A DNA stretch of 64,000 nucleotides from Octopus sinensis (Eukaryota), in contig NC_043015.1 of NCBI RefSeq assembly GCF_006345805.1, positions 49,414,001-49,478,000 on the forward strand, written 5' to 3'. Below are positions 50,707 through 64,000 of this stretch, in pieces; the stretch's first letter is position 1; each line of letters starts with the position of its first letter. The translations under genes were made by a program, and so were the position numbers. Below the pieces are notes generated by a model. It made no database searches, was not told where the DNA came from, and saw nothing but the letters and a program-made list of their open reading frames with translations.

Positions 50707-51357
50707 TACATACATACATACATACATACGACAGGTTTTCTCGCAGTTTTCATCCCCCAAATACAATCACTCACTTGGCTTTGATCAGTCCAGGGCTATA
50801 ATAAAACACACCTGTCCAAAGCGCCGCGCAAGGCCACGCAATGTGACACACCGGAAACCATACGTGGCTTCAAAGCTAGCTTGTATACCCTTTTACTCTT
50901 TTGACTTGTTTCAGTCATTTGACCTCGGCCATGCTGGAGCACGGCCTTGTAGTTGAACTAATCGACCCATGGTCTTAGTCTTTGTAAGCCTATTAATTAT
51001 TCTGTCGGTTTCTTTTGCCGAACTGCTACGTTACGGAGACGTAAACACACCAACATCGGATGTCAAGCGAGGGTGGAGAGGTGACGGAGGACAAACACAG
51101 GCACACGATCACATACATATATACCTGATTCTTTACTACCTACAAGTGGCTAAACACAGACAGGACAAACAAGGACAGACAAACGAATTAAGTCGATTAC
51201 ATCGACCCCAGTGCGTAACTGGTACTTAATTTATCGACCCCGAAAAAAAATGAAAGGCAAAGTCGACCTCGGCAGAATTTGAACTCAGAGCGTAACGGCA
51301 GACGAAATACCGCTAAGCATTTCGCCCGGCCTGCTAACGTTTCTGCCAGCTCACCAC
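50705..51357 (-). mobile_element. SINE-A pieces (50705-51120) and SINE-B (51128-51357)
   Basis: Family matches. Confidence 0.78.
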
Positions 51358-51846
51358 ATTCATATATATACCATGTGGTTGGGAAACAAGCTTCTTACCA
51401 CACAGCCACACGTGCACCTATATGAAAAATTCCCTTTCACGTAAATATTGCGTTTTCCAGCTAGAATCTCTTTTGTCTGTGAATTAATGTCTGAAACATC
51501 GTGAATACAGAGAAACTTTATCAAGTAGATCGATGCTGGTTCCACTTTTTTTTTAACGACAGCATTGGAGAGAGAAAAATTTCTCAAGTGTTTACTTACT
51601 TAATTAATTTTTCTTATCAGGTGTCTTACAGAAGGAATATTGATAAAATATTTATCACTTAATTTCAACACGTCCGCACGAAGAGAGTTTTCTCGCCGTT
51701 GAATTATTGTACGACGTCATCGTGTCGTTCTGTTGTCGTATTAGAGTTTCTGTTTCAACATTATCGCCCGAGTTGGCAGTATTCGCGTCGTCTTCACCGC
51801 GGCGTCATGTCGACAAAGAAAACAAAATACCAGCAATATAAATATA

Positions 51847-51912
<66 letters not shown>

Positions 51913-52189
51913 GTATATACACTAACATATTTATATATATATATGTCTTTATGTATATATAAGTATATATGTACATATATGTGTATGTATGTATATATGT
52001 GTGTGTGTGTATTTATATTATCTCTCTACATATGTACATATAAATGTGTATATACGTATACGCGTTGAAAATATATCTTTCTCGGGGTCGAGTTGCTCGA
52101 TTAAAGGCGGTGCTCCAGCATGGCCGCAGTCAAATGACTGAAACAAGTAAAAGAGAAAAGAGAGAGAAAAAATATATATATATATATAT

Positions 52190-52230
<41 letters not shown>

Positions 52231-52328
52231 TGTATGTATGTATGTATAATATATAAGAATTTAAAGAAAGAAAATGCACACACTTTACGTAGTTCTCATA
52301 TAATTTTTAATATATCTTGTATTGTGTT

Positions 52329-52361
52329 TGTCGACCGGTTTCGCTTTCGCTATTCATGACA
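52329..52361 (-). ncRNA. Minimal hammerhead with A3-U8 variant core
   Basis: TGTC-ATGAATA-GC-GAAA-GC-GAAA-CCGG-TC-GACA; all stems pair. Confidence 0.72.
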
Positions 52362-53143
52362 TTAACATTTATTTAAATACGTATTTTCTTAAGAAGAATT
52401 TTTTGTCCGTGTTGTGTGAGGAGTTTACAAATGAACGATTCAACAATTAGAAAAACCTAAGGAGAGGTAATTGTTTATAGTTATTATTGTGGACAGGGAA
52501 TATAATTGTTCAGTTCAAAAACTAGAGTGGTAGGGAGAAATATGTACAGTAATGGGTATGTAATCGTGAATTAAAATATGTAAAGGGATCAAAGTTGGTT
52601 ATGCGTGCATATTTAGATATGTGCTGTATTTTTCGATGAAAAAATTTTCTTTATTTAAACGTTCTTCTAAAGAAATTGTATCTTTGCACTGGTAGAAGGG
52701 GAAAACTGTGAAATTTGGTTTGATGTTACCTGCACATTTCTCTGTTTTCACTTAAAGGAATTTGTCTGTATTCCAATGTATCTTTTCATTTCGTACAAAG
52801 AAAAGTGGCAAAATGAAGGAAATATCTTCATTTATATAGAAGATCAAAAATAAAATCACAGATGCAAAAGAAAAAAAGAAAAGAAACGAACACACAATAC
52901 TGCCAGAAAAGTATTTAAAACAACCATCAGCAGATATGGATATATAAACGCACCCGCGCAAGTTGTATAGCGCGTGCACACTCACTCTTACAAGCATCCG
53001 CGAAAATGTAAGCATACACATACGTGGGGTTTGGTGCACTCACGATCACAAAGTGAAGTAAATAGCTACTTAGTATTTATAAGAAGGGGGTGGTTAGAGT
53101 TAAACTTAATTCATCCATACCTTAAAGTGAAATATGTAAACAG

Positions 53144-53960
53144 TTACACAAATTCATTTTCACTGCATTGTACGAAAGTACGTTTATATGCGTGTAGGCA
53201 TCTTGAGAGTCTTTCAGAAATGCTATCAATGATTTTCTCATCGGTGCACAGAATAGACAGAGATTCCGCGGAGTAGAGTCGACATCTCCTGGAAATGATA
53301 TTGTATGGTTTTGGGTGCCTTACTATGGACCAAGTTATGTTGTACTTAATTTTATCTTCCTTCAGAAGCCAAACAAAATCAGCCAAAGATGTTGGATGTC
53401 TCTTATTGGTTTTCTTGAAGCTGGGGACAGTGTTGCGATAACAATTCTTAAGTGAATCAGCCGTATGCCCAATGTAAACATACGACCCTCCATTGTGTGC
53501 ACGGTACATTTATATACAAGATTTGTACTCATACAGAGGTTCATCAATGGACATCTTGATTTTTCTCTGCACAAGCATTTATCATATATATTTGTATATA
53601 TGGCAGTTCTGGTTTCATTTTCCAACATTGTTACCGTGTTAGCTACATCATAAGCATTTCTACTATTACAATTTGGCCGTAATTGACGCATTGTTGGTAT
53701 TTAGATGCGTATGTTCGCTAGATCCAGTATGTGGATTATTGAACTGTTGTCGCATTTGACTATTGTTTACGCGGTACATAAGCTAATCTAAATTAGCAGA
53801 GTTAGCGTAGGATACCTTCATGGCGTGCCTATTAAAAATTGCATGATATCAATTAGATTTAGAAAAGCATTTGTCCAAAGCAGCAAAAAATTTCTCAGCG
53901 ATTTTGGTTGAAACATCCGAACCGAAAATTGGGTTGAACCAGAGGACATCCTGATGGCTT
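53144..53960 (-). pseudogene. Penelope GIY-YIG endonuclease / linker remnant (frameshifted)
   Basis: ORFs 53144-53509 and 53362-53691 join as LVYKCTV..YVYIG. Confidence 0.82.
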
Positions 53961-54263
53961 ATTTGATCGGCTGTGTTGTGCAGGATTGGAACAATTTACA
54001 GTGTTACGAGCAGTTGGATTATTATGTCACGTGTGTCCATGAATTTTCGTTGGTAGTTCATTGTCTTGACCAATTCTTCTTAACCTGTATTTACTATCTG
54101 AGTGAGTTCTCATATCATGACTTTGTGATGGTATACAATGTGTATTACTATTGGAGGAATTACCAGTGTTGTGTATACCTGCTTCTTGTATATATATGAA
54201 TACATATATATGTGGTGTGTATGTATATATATTTATTTATGTGTGTGTATGTATGTATGTACA

Positions 54264-54662
54264 GTGGCAGGAGCGGCTGTGTTGGAAGTAGCTTGCTTAC
54301 CAGCCACATGGTTCCGGGTTCAGTCCCACTGCATGGCACCTTGGGTAAGTGTCTTCTACTATAGCCTCGGGCTGTCCAATGTCTTGTGAGAGGATTTGCT
54401 AGACGGAAACTGAAAGAAGCCCGTCGTATATATATATATGTGTGTGTGTGTGTTTGTGTTCTGTGTTTTCCCCCTAGCATTGCTTGACAACCGATGCTGG
54501 TGTGTTTATGTCCCCGTTACTTAGCGGTTCGGCAAAAAGAGACCGATGGAATAAGTACTAGGCTTACAAAGAATAAGTCCCAGTGTCGATTTGCTCGACC
54601 AAAGGCGGTGCTCCAGCATGGCCGCAGTCAAATGACTGAAACAAGTGAATGAGTAAAAGAGA
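54264..54662 (+). mobile_element. SINE-A full length
   Basis: Complete match. Confidence 0.9.
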
Positions 54663-54687
54663 GTATGTACACTTGTGTGTGTGTATG

Positions 54688-54721
<34 letters not shown>

Positions 54722-56135
54722 TGTATGGATGGATGGATGGATGTATAAATGTATGTATGTATAAATGTATGTATGTATATATGTATGTGTGTATGTATGT
54801 ATGTATGTATGTATGTATGTATGTATGTATGTATGTATGTATAAACCAGAATATAAAAAACAATTAAGAAGAAATAAAACAAAGAGAGTTACAATATGGC
54901 TTTCTGTATTTCTCGCTAACAACAAGGAAAATCCTGAGCAGTTTCGGTGCTAATAATGATTTAAAGCAACTAAAATAAGAACTATAGACTGTGAAGTTAC
55001 TAAATGATGGAGTGGTGGGGGGGGGGAGAGGTGACGACGGTTTAAGGAAGGTGAGTTGCTTAACAACAACTGCATCGATTGAAACCCATTAGAAATCGAT
55101 TAATTTGGTATTGTATTCTGTGAGTCGTAGATATCCAGCTTCTCCTTCACCAACACCGTTTACATTACGTTCTATATTTTAATTCCTGGCTAAAGTCTGG
55201 AATCTCCATTTACACCGAATCCAGTCCTTCCACCACACATCGCTTTCAGTTGGATACCGCCGCTCAGGTTAACAGTTTCCGTCCCTCGCTCGTCTCATTT
55301 CACACTTTCTCTATCTGTCACCTTTTTAACACTTCTAACGTTTCAATTTTTATGTTTATTCTCATAGTTCGCAACTTCTCGACCTCTTTAACTCTTTTCA
55401 ACCCCTACTTCCACCACACGCCGCTAATTTAGATTTCGATTCGTCCGCCATATTGAACATGAATATACCAACCTGTTTCTTCCCCCGTTTCTTCCATTCA
55501 TCGACTAATCATCTCTCCTGACACCTTTCCTATCCTCCCCATTTTCAAAATCAGACTCCACTTAGACGCTACTTAAACAGCCGTTTTAAAACAATTTCAT
55601 CATTGGCCCCTTATTATATTTCACTCTACACCAAAAATACGCATGTTGGCCTTTAAAAACCGCCATTTTTATTGGATCTCTGCTAATTCTACATTGATTA
55701 ATCATAATTGTAAATGCTTCTGTTTCCTCTCGTTATATTCTTATTTGTATGTCACTTCAACATTCTCCAATAACTGCAAACCACAAATGATGTTCTAACT
55801 CTTCTACTGCAAATGCCCAAATGAATAATGTGAGTTTCGACTTACAGTATTTACTATTTTGATTTATGTCGTCGGGCACTGTACCGCCTCAACTTCTGGC
55901 ACCACGATAAAGACAGTAAGCGCTACTAGTTTGTGGGTATTAGTCTGAAAACAAAACAATGATAATTTGATGAAGAGACTGAAAGTTTTATGCTGTAATA
56001 TTTCAAAATGGTGGAGTGAGAGAAGGCTTCATTATTGTTGCCAGACACATAAAATTTAGGCTTTGCTAAGCCTGTTCGTTTTAATTTTTTTCTGACGCGG
56101 TCTCACACAACAGATCACGTATCAAAGACATATAA

Positions 56136-56250
56136 TCCAGTAGTATAGAATTCCAGTTTCATAGACCTCCAGATTAAGAAAACCCCAGTACAAGAGAATT
56201 CCAGAATAATAGAATTCCAGTATGATAGAATTCCAGTATAATTAGACTCC
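56136..56250. repeat. ~16-bp minisatellite
   Basis: ATAGAATTCCAGTAT-like unit, ~7 copies. Confidence 0.75.
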
Positions 56251-56449
56251 TGGCCATCGATTGATTCCACTAAACCATTCAAGGTATGGCCGCTGTCCAA
56301 TGACTTCAGGAAGTAAATGAAAAAAAAATCAAATTCAATAAGGAATTTCATAGAGCATGAAATTTCTACGGGACCGCAAAAGTTATTATTAGCTATATAG
56401 TTATTGTTGTTGTTATTATTATCATTATATGTTGTTATTATTATATAAA

Positions 56450-56540
56450 CTAGGTACCAGTGAAACGCTGGGGGTCGATGTAATCGACTAGTCCCCGCCA
56501 ACCAAATTTCAGACCTTGTACCTTTAGTAGAAAGGATTTT
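56450..56540 (+). mobile_element. SINE-B 3' end
   Basis: GGGGTCGATGTAATCGAC..TTTCAGACCTTGTACCTTTAGTAGAAAGGA. Confidence 0.75.
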
Positions 56541-56593
56541 AATTGTTGTTGTTGATGTTGTTTTTGTTGTGATTATTATTATTATTATTATTA

Positions 56594-56653
<60 letters not shown>

Positions 56654-56695
56654 CATCATTATTATTATTATTATTATTATTATATTATTATTATT

Positions 56696-57857
56696 CAGTA
56701 GTTTTATTTTTATAGCGTGCTTTCACTTCACTACCGAGCGCAGCTCTGTGTGCCTTGGGTATGTGCTGTGATTTGTTGTGATGCTCTGATGGTTATTGTA
56801 TGGAAAGTGTTCTGCGTAGGATGTGTGCAGTGCCTAGTAGTGCAATTTTCTGTATGTTATATGTGTTTGTAAGTCCTGGTGTTTTTGTTATGTATTTGTC
56901 TGAATATTTTTTTATCATGCCTAATGCACCTACTATGATAGGAATTGTTTCTGTTTTCAGGTTCCACATTCTAGTTACCTCTATTTCCAGGTCTTTGTAT
57001 TTTGAGAGTTTCTCCATTTCTTTTAGAGACACGTTGTCATCTGCCGGTATTGATACATCAATTAGAAAGCATTTTTTTTCTTCATGATCTCTGACAACTA
57101 TATCTGGTCTGTTGGCTTTAATTTCTCTATCTCTGTGTATCGGCATATCCCAGAGTATGGTTGCTTTCTCGTTTTCTGTGACCTTTTCTGGTGTGTGCCT
57201 ATACCATCTTTTTCTGTTGTTATTCCATAATGTTGGCATAGCTTCCAATGTATGTAGGTTCCAACTCTGTCATGTCTGTGAATATATTCCTTCTTAGCCA
57301 GGACTGGGCAGCTAGAGATAATATGATTTATTGTTTCTTGTCCATCTCCACATATTCTGCAGTTACTTGTAATATTTCTTTTCATTACATGTTTTTGGTA
57401 ATTTCTGGTGGGGAGGTTTTGGTCTTGTGCTGCAATTAAAAATCCCTCTGTTTCTGCTTTGAGTCCTGAGCTTCTCAACCATTGCTGGGATTTTTCTTTG
57501 TCTATTTCTTTTGCGTTTAGTTTAGTGCAGTATTTACCATGAAGGGGCTTTTCTTGCCATCGTTTTATCATGGCTCGTTGCTGTTCTATTTTTAGTTTGG
57601 ATTTCATTTGTTTTATAGCTTTTGTTGTTTCTTCATCATCTTCTTCTTCTTCTTTGTGTTTATTAGGTGGTATGATTTCTTGTTTGTATTTGTCAGCTTC
57701 CTTAAATACTGAGAACAGTTTTTTGTTTTGCTCGTGTTTTGCTGCTATCTGGATCAGTTTTCCTTCCTTCTGAAGTAGGTATTTTTGCAGTCCTATGGTG
57801 GTTATTTTATAGTAGTTTTCCAGCTGTATAAGGCCTCTACCACCTTCTATACGTTGT
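56696..57857 (-). mobile_element. Dong-2 5'-truncated copy, young, in (TAA)n
   Basis: EGGRGLIQLE, WLRSSGLKAETEGFLIAAQDQ, CRICGDGQETINHIISSC, NRPDIVV..IDVSIP; one frameshift near 57210; (TTA)n both sides. Confidence 0.92.
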
Positions 57858-57884
57858 ATTATTATTATTATTATTATTATTATT

Positions 57885-58055
57885 AAGCGTAGGAATGGCT
57901 GTGTGGTAAGTCGCTTGCTTACGAACCTCATAGTTCCAGGTTTCAGTCCCACTGCGTGGCACCTTGGGCAAGTGTCTTCTACTATAGCCTCGGGCCGACC
58001 AAAGACTTGTGAGTGGATTTGGTAGACGGAAACTGAAAGAAGCCCGTCGTATATA
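57885..58055 (+). mobile_element. SINE-A 5' half
   Basis: Head and CORE-like segment. Confidence 0.88.
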
Positions 58056-58063
58056 TGTATTTG

Positions 58064-58120
<57 letters not shown>

Positions 58121-58557
58121 ATTATTATTAGCTATATATTTTGTTTTCAGTGTTTGACTTCATTTCTTACTCTTTACTCCAAAGAAGAAGAAAAATACGT
58201 ACCAGCCGTGTACTGGTCCAGTAAATTGATCGCACCTAGTTTCCTCTAAACAATTGGCCATGTGTATAGAATTTAAAGGAAATCAATATTATTTTAGTAA
58301 CACCGACACCACCGCTCGCTGGGAAATCAATATTAATATATCCAGGAATAAATAACCGAGAGAACATATATTGCATGGCTGTGTTTCCATTGGTGAATAT
58401 TATACAGTGACTGTTTAAGCGATACATTTAAACTGTGGTCATTCCCTCTGTGTACGCGGACAATATAATGTATTGTACAGCTTCGATCGTATTGATTGGA
58501 AATGTCTACTGCTAAGGAAATCGATAAAAAAAAAATACTCGATGTTAAATTCGTTAT

Positions 58558-58770
58558 GGCGGCCAACTGGAACAATCGTTTGTAAGCCGAGCAAAATGCA
58601 TAGATTCGTTTCGCCCGTCTTTACGATCAGAGTTCAAATTCCGCCGAAGCTGTGTTTGCCTTCCATTCTTTCGGGATCGATAAATTAAGTACTAGTTGAG
58701 CCCTGGGGTCGATGATATCGACTTATCTCCCCATCTCAGAACTTGCTGGCTTTGTACCAAAATCTGAAAC
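58558..58770 (+). mobile_element. SINE-B, diverged
   Basis: Head, Meta-like domain, tail followed by (ATT)n. Confidence 0.8.
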
Positions 58771-58771
58771 C

Positions 58772-58831
<60 letters not shown>

Positions 58832-58833
<2 letters not shown>

Positions 58834-59342
58834 GTTTTTTTCCTTCTTTCTTCAAATTTTCTTCCGTTTCTCGCCGAGTGTTTTCCATACACCTAGGGCA
58901 GAGAAGGGCATTGTATGCATTCCCAGATTACACGCGCAAATTCACAGATAAAATATGTATTTAAAAATTAATAAATAAATAAATTCATGGATGGATGTTG
59001 TTTTCACAGCGATAATGCTCTTCTCAGTACATGAGCCGTTCCAGTTAATACGATTTTTTGCACTTCCTGTAGGGATGGTGAGCCTGGAATCATTTTCAAA
59101 TAGGTTTCAGTACCTTTTTTCATCATTCCTAGAGATCCTACAATCACTGGTACTGTAGTCGCCTTGAGATGCCACATTTTTTCGATTTCTATTAGCAGGT
59201 CTTTATATTTACTAATCTTGTCAAATTCTTTCGCCGCTGTCCTTTTTGTCTGATCTTTTATAATAATATCCGGTTTATTAGCTTTTATAGTCCTGTCGGT
59301 CTGCACGGGGAAGTCCCATAGAAAGGACACATTTTCTCTATT
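58832..59342 (-). mobile_element. Dong-1b 5'-truncated copy
   Basis: ENVSFLWDFPVQTDRTIKANKPDI..QEVQKIVLTGTAHVLRRALSL*, close to the Dong-1 C-terminus; (TTA)n both sides. Confidence 0.92.
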
Positions 59343-59344
59343 AC

Positions 59345-59398
<54 letters not shown>

Positions 59399-59433
59399 CA
59401 TCATCATCATCATCATCATCATCATTATTATTG

Positions 59434-59494
<61 letters not shown>

Positions 59495-59875
59495 GTATTG
59501 TCTTTGCACAGCTTCTCACCAGTTATTGTAAGTACGACCTTTACTGTTCGCCTGCTCCAAATTCTTCCTATTTCAAATTTTAGAGAAATTGTATTTCCTT
59601 TGTTTTTTCTTCATCTTTCTTTGCGATCCTGGAATCAAACGGGCGTGATGGATCGATAAGTAAGCAACTTCGCGCTTCCTCATCTATGAATCTAACGTAA
59701 TATCCGGTTTACTGTCTTCTAATTTCTTGTCCGTTTGAAGAGGAAAGTCCCAAAAACATCTTACATTTCCCGACACTTTCGACTCGATGATTGTACCATG
59801 TGTTTCCAGCTTCAAATCCCCAATTTCTGGCACACTTTCTAGTGTAAAACTTTTACAACCAGGTCTTGCCTCCAT
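59495..59875 (-). pseudogene. Old RLE-domain fragment
   Basis: FWDFPLQTDKKLEDSKPDITL. Confidence 0.65.
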
Positions 59876-59895
59876 TTCTTCTTCTTCTTCTTCTT

Positions 59896-60590
<695 letters not shown>

Positions 60591-60696
60591 AGGTGGATTG
60601 TGTTCCCACCAGTTTTTTTCATGGGGCAAATCCAGGTTTTTGCAAATTACCCAGTGAATATATTGTGCAGCTCTATCATGCCTATTATTATTATTA

Positions 60697-60752
<56 letters not shown>

Positions 60753-61634
60753 CCTTTAACTGCTGATTTTAGGAATATGAAGCACAGTTGATTTAGATCT
60801 CGTAGCCATGCGCTGTAAAAACTCACTTGTAACTCCATATAAATGCAGTACTCAAAGACCATCATAAGAATCATGCTCTGATCATGAAATGTTAAATAAT
60901 TCATTTAACGTTCTTCTTGGCATTATTATATTCATTTCCGTTAAAATTCTATTTCTAAAAATCTCAAGAAAATAAAAACAAGAAATGACAAACGAAAGAC
61001 TTTTAAATATATCTCTTTTTCAAAATGACTTCTAGAATCCCCCGATACAAATTTAACGATAACACACGTCGGTCCACTGTTGTGAAATTTGTAGCATTCT
61101 TCGGCATTCGTAACCCCCGCAGTTTCAATTGAATTTGTTTCATTGAGAAAATGATAACCAGTTAATTGTCAAAACAGTCATTTGGTTTATGTAATTGAAA
61201 TATTGCAAAAACTTCAATTGCTTTAGTTTTGTGCTTTCTTTTTTGTTTCTGTGCGAAGTCAAAGAATCTTATAAATGGTTCTGCTGTTGCATTATCTCCT
61301 TCCTCTCTGCATGACTGTGAAATTCCAGAAGATATGAAAATTAAATTAGTATGAAGAAACCTAACTGAAATTGGTTAAGTTTAGCAGTGTAGATTACATT
61401 TAATTGGAACTCCTTCCACATTAGCTAATGTAAATAAACTTTAATGAGGATATAGTCAAGTTATTGGTTCGAGAGTCAGGTTAAAGAAGATATTGGACGC
61501 CAGGAAGAATATATAACGGAGCGAGATGAGTCGATTGAAAACAGAAGTTTCTGCCCCTATGTGGGGGCATTACTCAATTTGTTTTTAAAGTATTTTTCTT
61601 AAATCTAAATTATATACTATTTTTTTCACTACTA

Positions 61635-61841
61635 TTTCACTTGTTTCAGTAATTTCACTGTGGCCATGCAGGAGCACCGCCTTTTGTCGAGCAAATCGAC
61701 CCCAGGACTTATTCTTTGTACGCCTTGTACTTGTTCTATCGGTCGCTTTTGCCGAACCGCTAAGTTACGGTGACGTAAACACACCAGCATCGGTTGTCAA
61801 GCGATGTTGGGGGGACAAACACAGACACACAAACATATACA

Positions 61842-61903
<62 letters not shown>

Positions 61904-62069
61904 TACGACGGGCTTCTTTCAGTGTCCGTCTACCAAATCCACTCACAAGGCTTTGGTCGGCCCGAAGCTATAGTAGAAGACACTTGACCAAGGTGCCACG
62001 CAGTGGGACTGAACCCGGATCGATGTGGTTCGTAAACAAGCTACTTACCACACAGCCACTCCTGCGCCT
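61635..62069 (-). mobile_element. SINE-A full length
   Basis: Complete match. Confidence 0.9.
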
Positions 62070-62284
62070 AATATTTCAATTTATTTGTGCTTTATATAAT
62101 CGTATATTCTCTTCTGCATTTATATCCAAACTTGAATCTTATTCACTGCATCACTCCCCACCTCTTCTGACTTCCATATACTTTTGTCTTTTATGTTTCC
62201 TCCCACGCGTTTCGCAAGCGATTTTGTTCTAACATTTAACTTGTTTCTGTCAGACCTTGTGGCTAATAAAGAAATTACAAGTAA

Positions 62285-62679
62285 GGTGGTGAGCTGGCAG
62301 AAACGTTAGCATGTCGGGCGAAATGCTTAGCAGTATTTCGTCTGTCCTTACGTTCTGAGTTCGAATTCCGCCGAGGTCGACTTTGCCTTTCATCCTTTCG
62401 GGGTCGATAAATTAAGGACCAGCTACGCACTGGGGTCTATGTAATCGACTTGATCTATTTGTCTATCCTTGTTTGTCCCCTATATGTTTAGCCCCTTGTG
62501 GGTAGTAAAGAAATAGGCATTTCGTCCATCTTTACGTTCTGAGTTCGAATTCCGCCGAAGTCGACTTTACTTTCATCCTTTCGGGGTCGATAAAATAAGT
62601 ACCAGGGAAACACTGGGGTCGATATGATCGAATAGTCCTCTCCTCACAAATCTGAGACCTTGTGCCTAAAGTACAAAGG
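62285..62679 (+). mobile_element. SINE-B, internally duplicated, 11-bp TSD
   Basis: AATTACAAGTA at 62273-62283 and 62680-62690. Confidence 0.9.
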
Positions 62680-62903
62680 AATTACAAGTACTGAAGACGT
62701 ACTTCACAAAACACTTGTTTCTAGAACTGGATGCCTTTTTCTGTCAATTTCTTCAAATATTTTCGAAGAAAAGTGAGGCGGTGTTTGTTAAGTTTTTCAC
62801 TCAAACTTGGATGAAAAGCAATATATTTTTGAAATATTTATTTATTTATTTGCATTTTTTCACAAGATATTTATGGAAAACACCTTCAAACAAAAACATG
62901 GAC

Positions 62904-63069
62904 AGGAGTAGGAGTGGCTGTGTGGTAAGTAGCTTGCTTACCAACCACATGGTTCCGGGTTCAGTCCCACTGCGTGACACCTTGGGCAGGTGTCTTCTAC
63001 TATAACCTCGGGTTGACCAAAGTTTTGTGAGTGGATTTGGTAGACGGAAACTGAAAGAAGCCTGTCGTA

Positions 63070-63108
<39 letters not shown>

Positions 63109-63326
63109 ATGTATATGTTTGTGAGTCTGTGTTTGTCTCCCCAACATCACTTGACAACCGATATGGTGTGCTTACGTCCCTGTAACTTAGCGGTTCGGCA
63201 AAAGAGACCGATAGAATAAGTACAAGGCTTACAAAGAATAAGTCCTGGGGTCGATTTGCTCGACTAAAGGCAGTGCTCTAGCATGGTCACAGTCACATGA
63301 CTGAGACAAGTAAAGAGTAAAGAGAG
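62904..63326 (+). mobile_element. SINE-A full length
   Basis: Complete match. Confidence 0.9.
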
Positions 63327-63902
63327 TTCTCGAAAATAAAAAAGAGGAAAATAGTTTAAAATGTCATAAAATAGCACAAAGGTTTGGAAACAGGAGATAG
63401 AGCTTTGATTTTAATGAGAAGGACTCTCCCTCCGAATTTTCCCGCTCTCTTAACGGTGACTACAACACGGTGCTTTTAACTCTCAGCTTTGAAATGTCGC
63501 GTCCTAGGGAAATTCTTGATATAGACATGTGTAGTATGAGAGATTGTCTCCTTGCCTGCGGATATTGTCTAAGAATGAGTAAGGAGGACAAAGTGTAGAC
63601 AGGCCTAGTCGAGGTTGAGGACAAGCGGAAGTAGGCTCTATCTAACGTTGGGGACAGTGTCTTGGGGCAGAGTGAGTACTGGTATCTACCTACCTTTTGT
63701 GATGTTGGTTGTATGAATACGGAGAGCAGTAATAGCGACATAAACACCCATTTATAGGTTAGTATTGTAGTATATGGCCCCAAGCAAAACACTAGTTAGA
63801 AGCACTAGCAGCGATGTTTACCCTTAAATCTTTGTCTTTTTTTAGCGCAATATGTCTTTGTAGGGGGGCACATAGAATAATAAAGTCTGATAAATTCTTT
63901 TA

Positions 63903-64000
63903 TTCTTTTACTTGTTTCAGTCATCTAACTGTGGCCATGCTGGAGCACAGCCTTGAAGGGTTTTAGTAGAACCAATCGACCCCAGGGCTTATGTTTTTAA
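63903..64000 (-). mobile_element. SINE-A tail, runs off the window
   Basis: TTTTACTTGTTTCAGTCAT..GGCCATGCTGGAGCAC. Confidence 0.8.

Larger units (their letters stand above)
52250..54190 (-). mobile_element. Decayed 5'-truncated Penelope-like element
   Basis: VLWFNPIF..KFFAALDKCF..IFNRHAMKVSY linker, CLCREKSRCPL..C..LVY, YIG..TSLADFVWLLK..ITWSI..CRL (GIY-YIG); hammerhead downstream. Confidence 0.82.

Noticed and set aside
55100-55460. Possible old LINE 3' fragment
   Set aside because: Only a faint WN-like motif; too decayed to support.
63460-63792. 110-aa non-repetitive minus-strand ORF
   Set aside because: No recognisable domain or splice context.

Overview
Eukaryotic, AT-rich, repeat-saturated DNA. 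The SINE families and microsatellite density suggest a coleoid cephalopod such as Octopus (inference). No host protein-coding exon can be supported; most short ORFs in the track are microsatellite or SINE read-throughs. Contents: (1) one near-intact R4/Dong-clade non-LTR retrotransposon (about 23994-27968; Myb-like N-terminus, RT, CCHC knuckle, restriction-like endonuclease; one frameshift and a YMDD->CMDD change) plus about ten fragments of related families, mostly abutting (TAA)n; (2) about 40 tRNA-derived SINE copies in four families (labelled A, B, C, E here); (3) a decayed Penelope-like element and at least seven minimal type I hammerhead ribozyme motifs in short units next to (TA)n repeats; (4) a Tc2/pogo-like MITE, a Tc1 end, a CR1 3' end, minisatellites and a 100-N gap. 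The most notable observations are two hammerheads with different stems that share a compensatory A3-U8 core (AUGAAUA instead of CUGANGA), a foldback with ~260-bp arms carrying a hammerhead in each arm, and a covarying 3' stem-loop shared by five divergent Dong families. Coordinates were read by eye; element ends are approximate.
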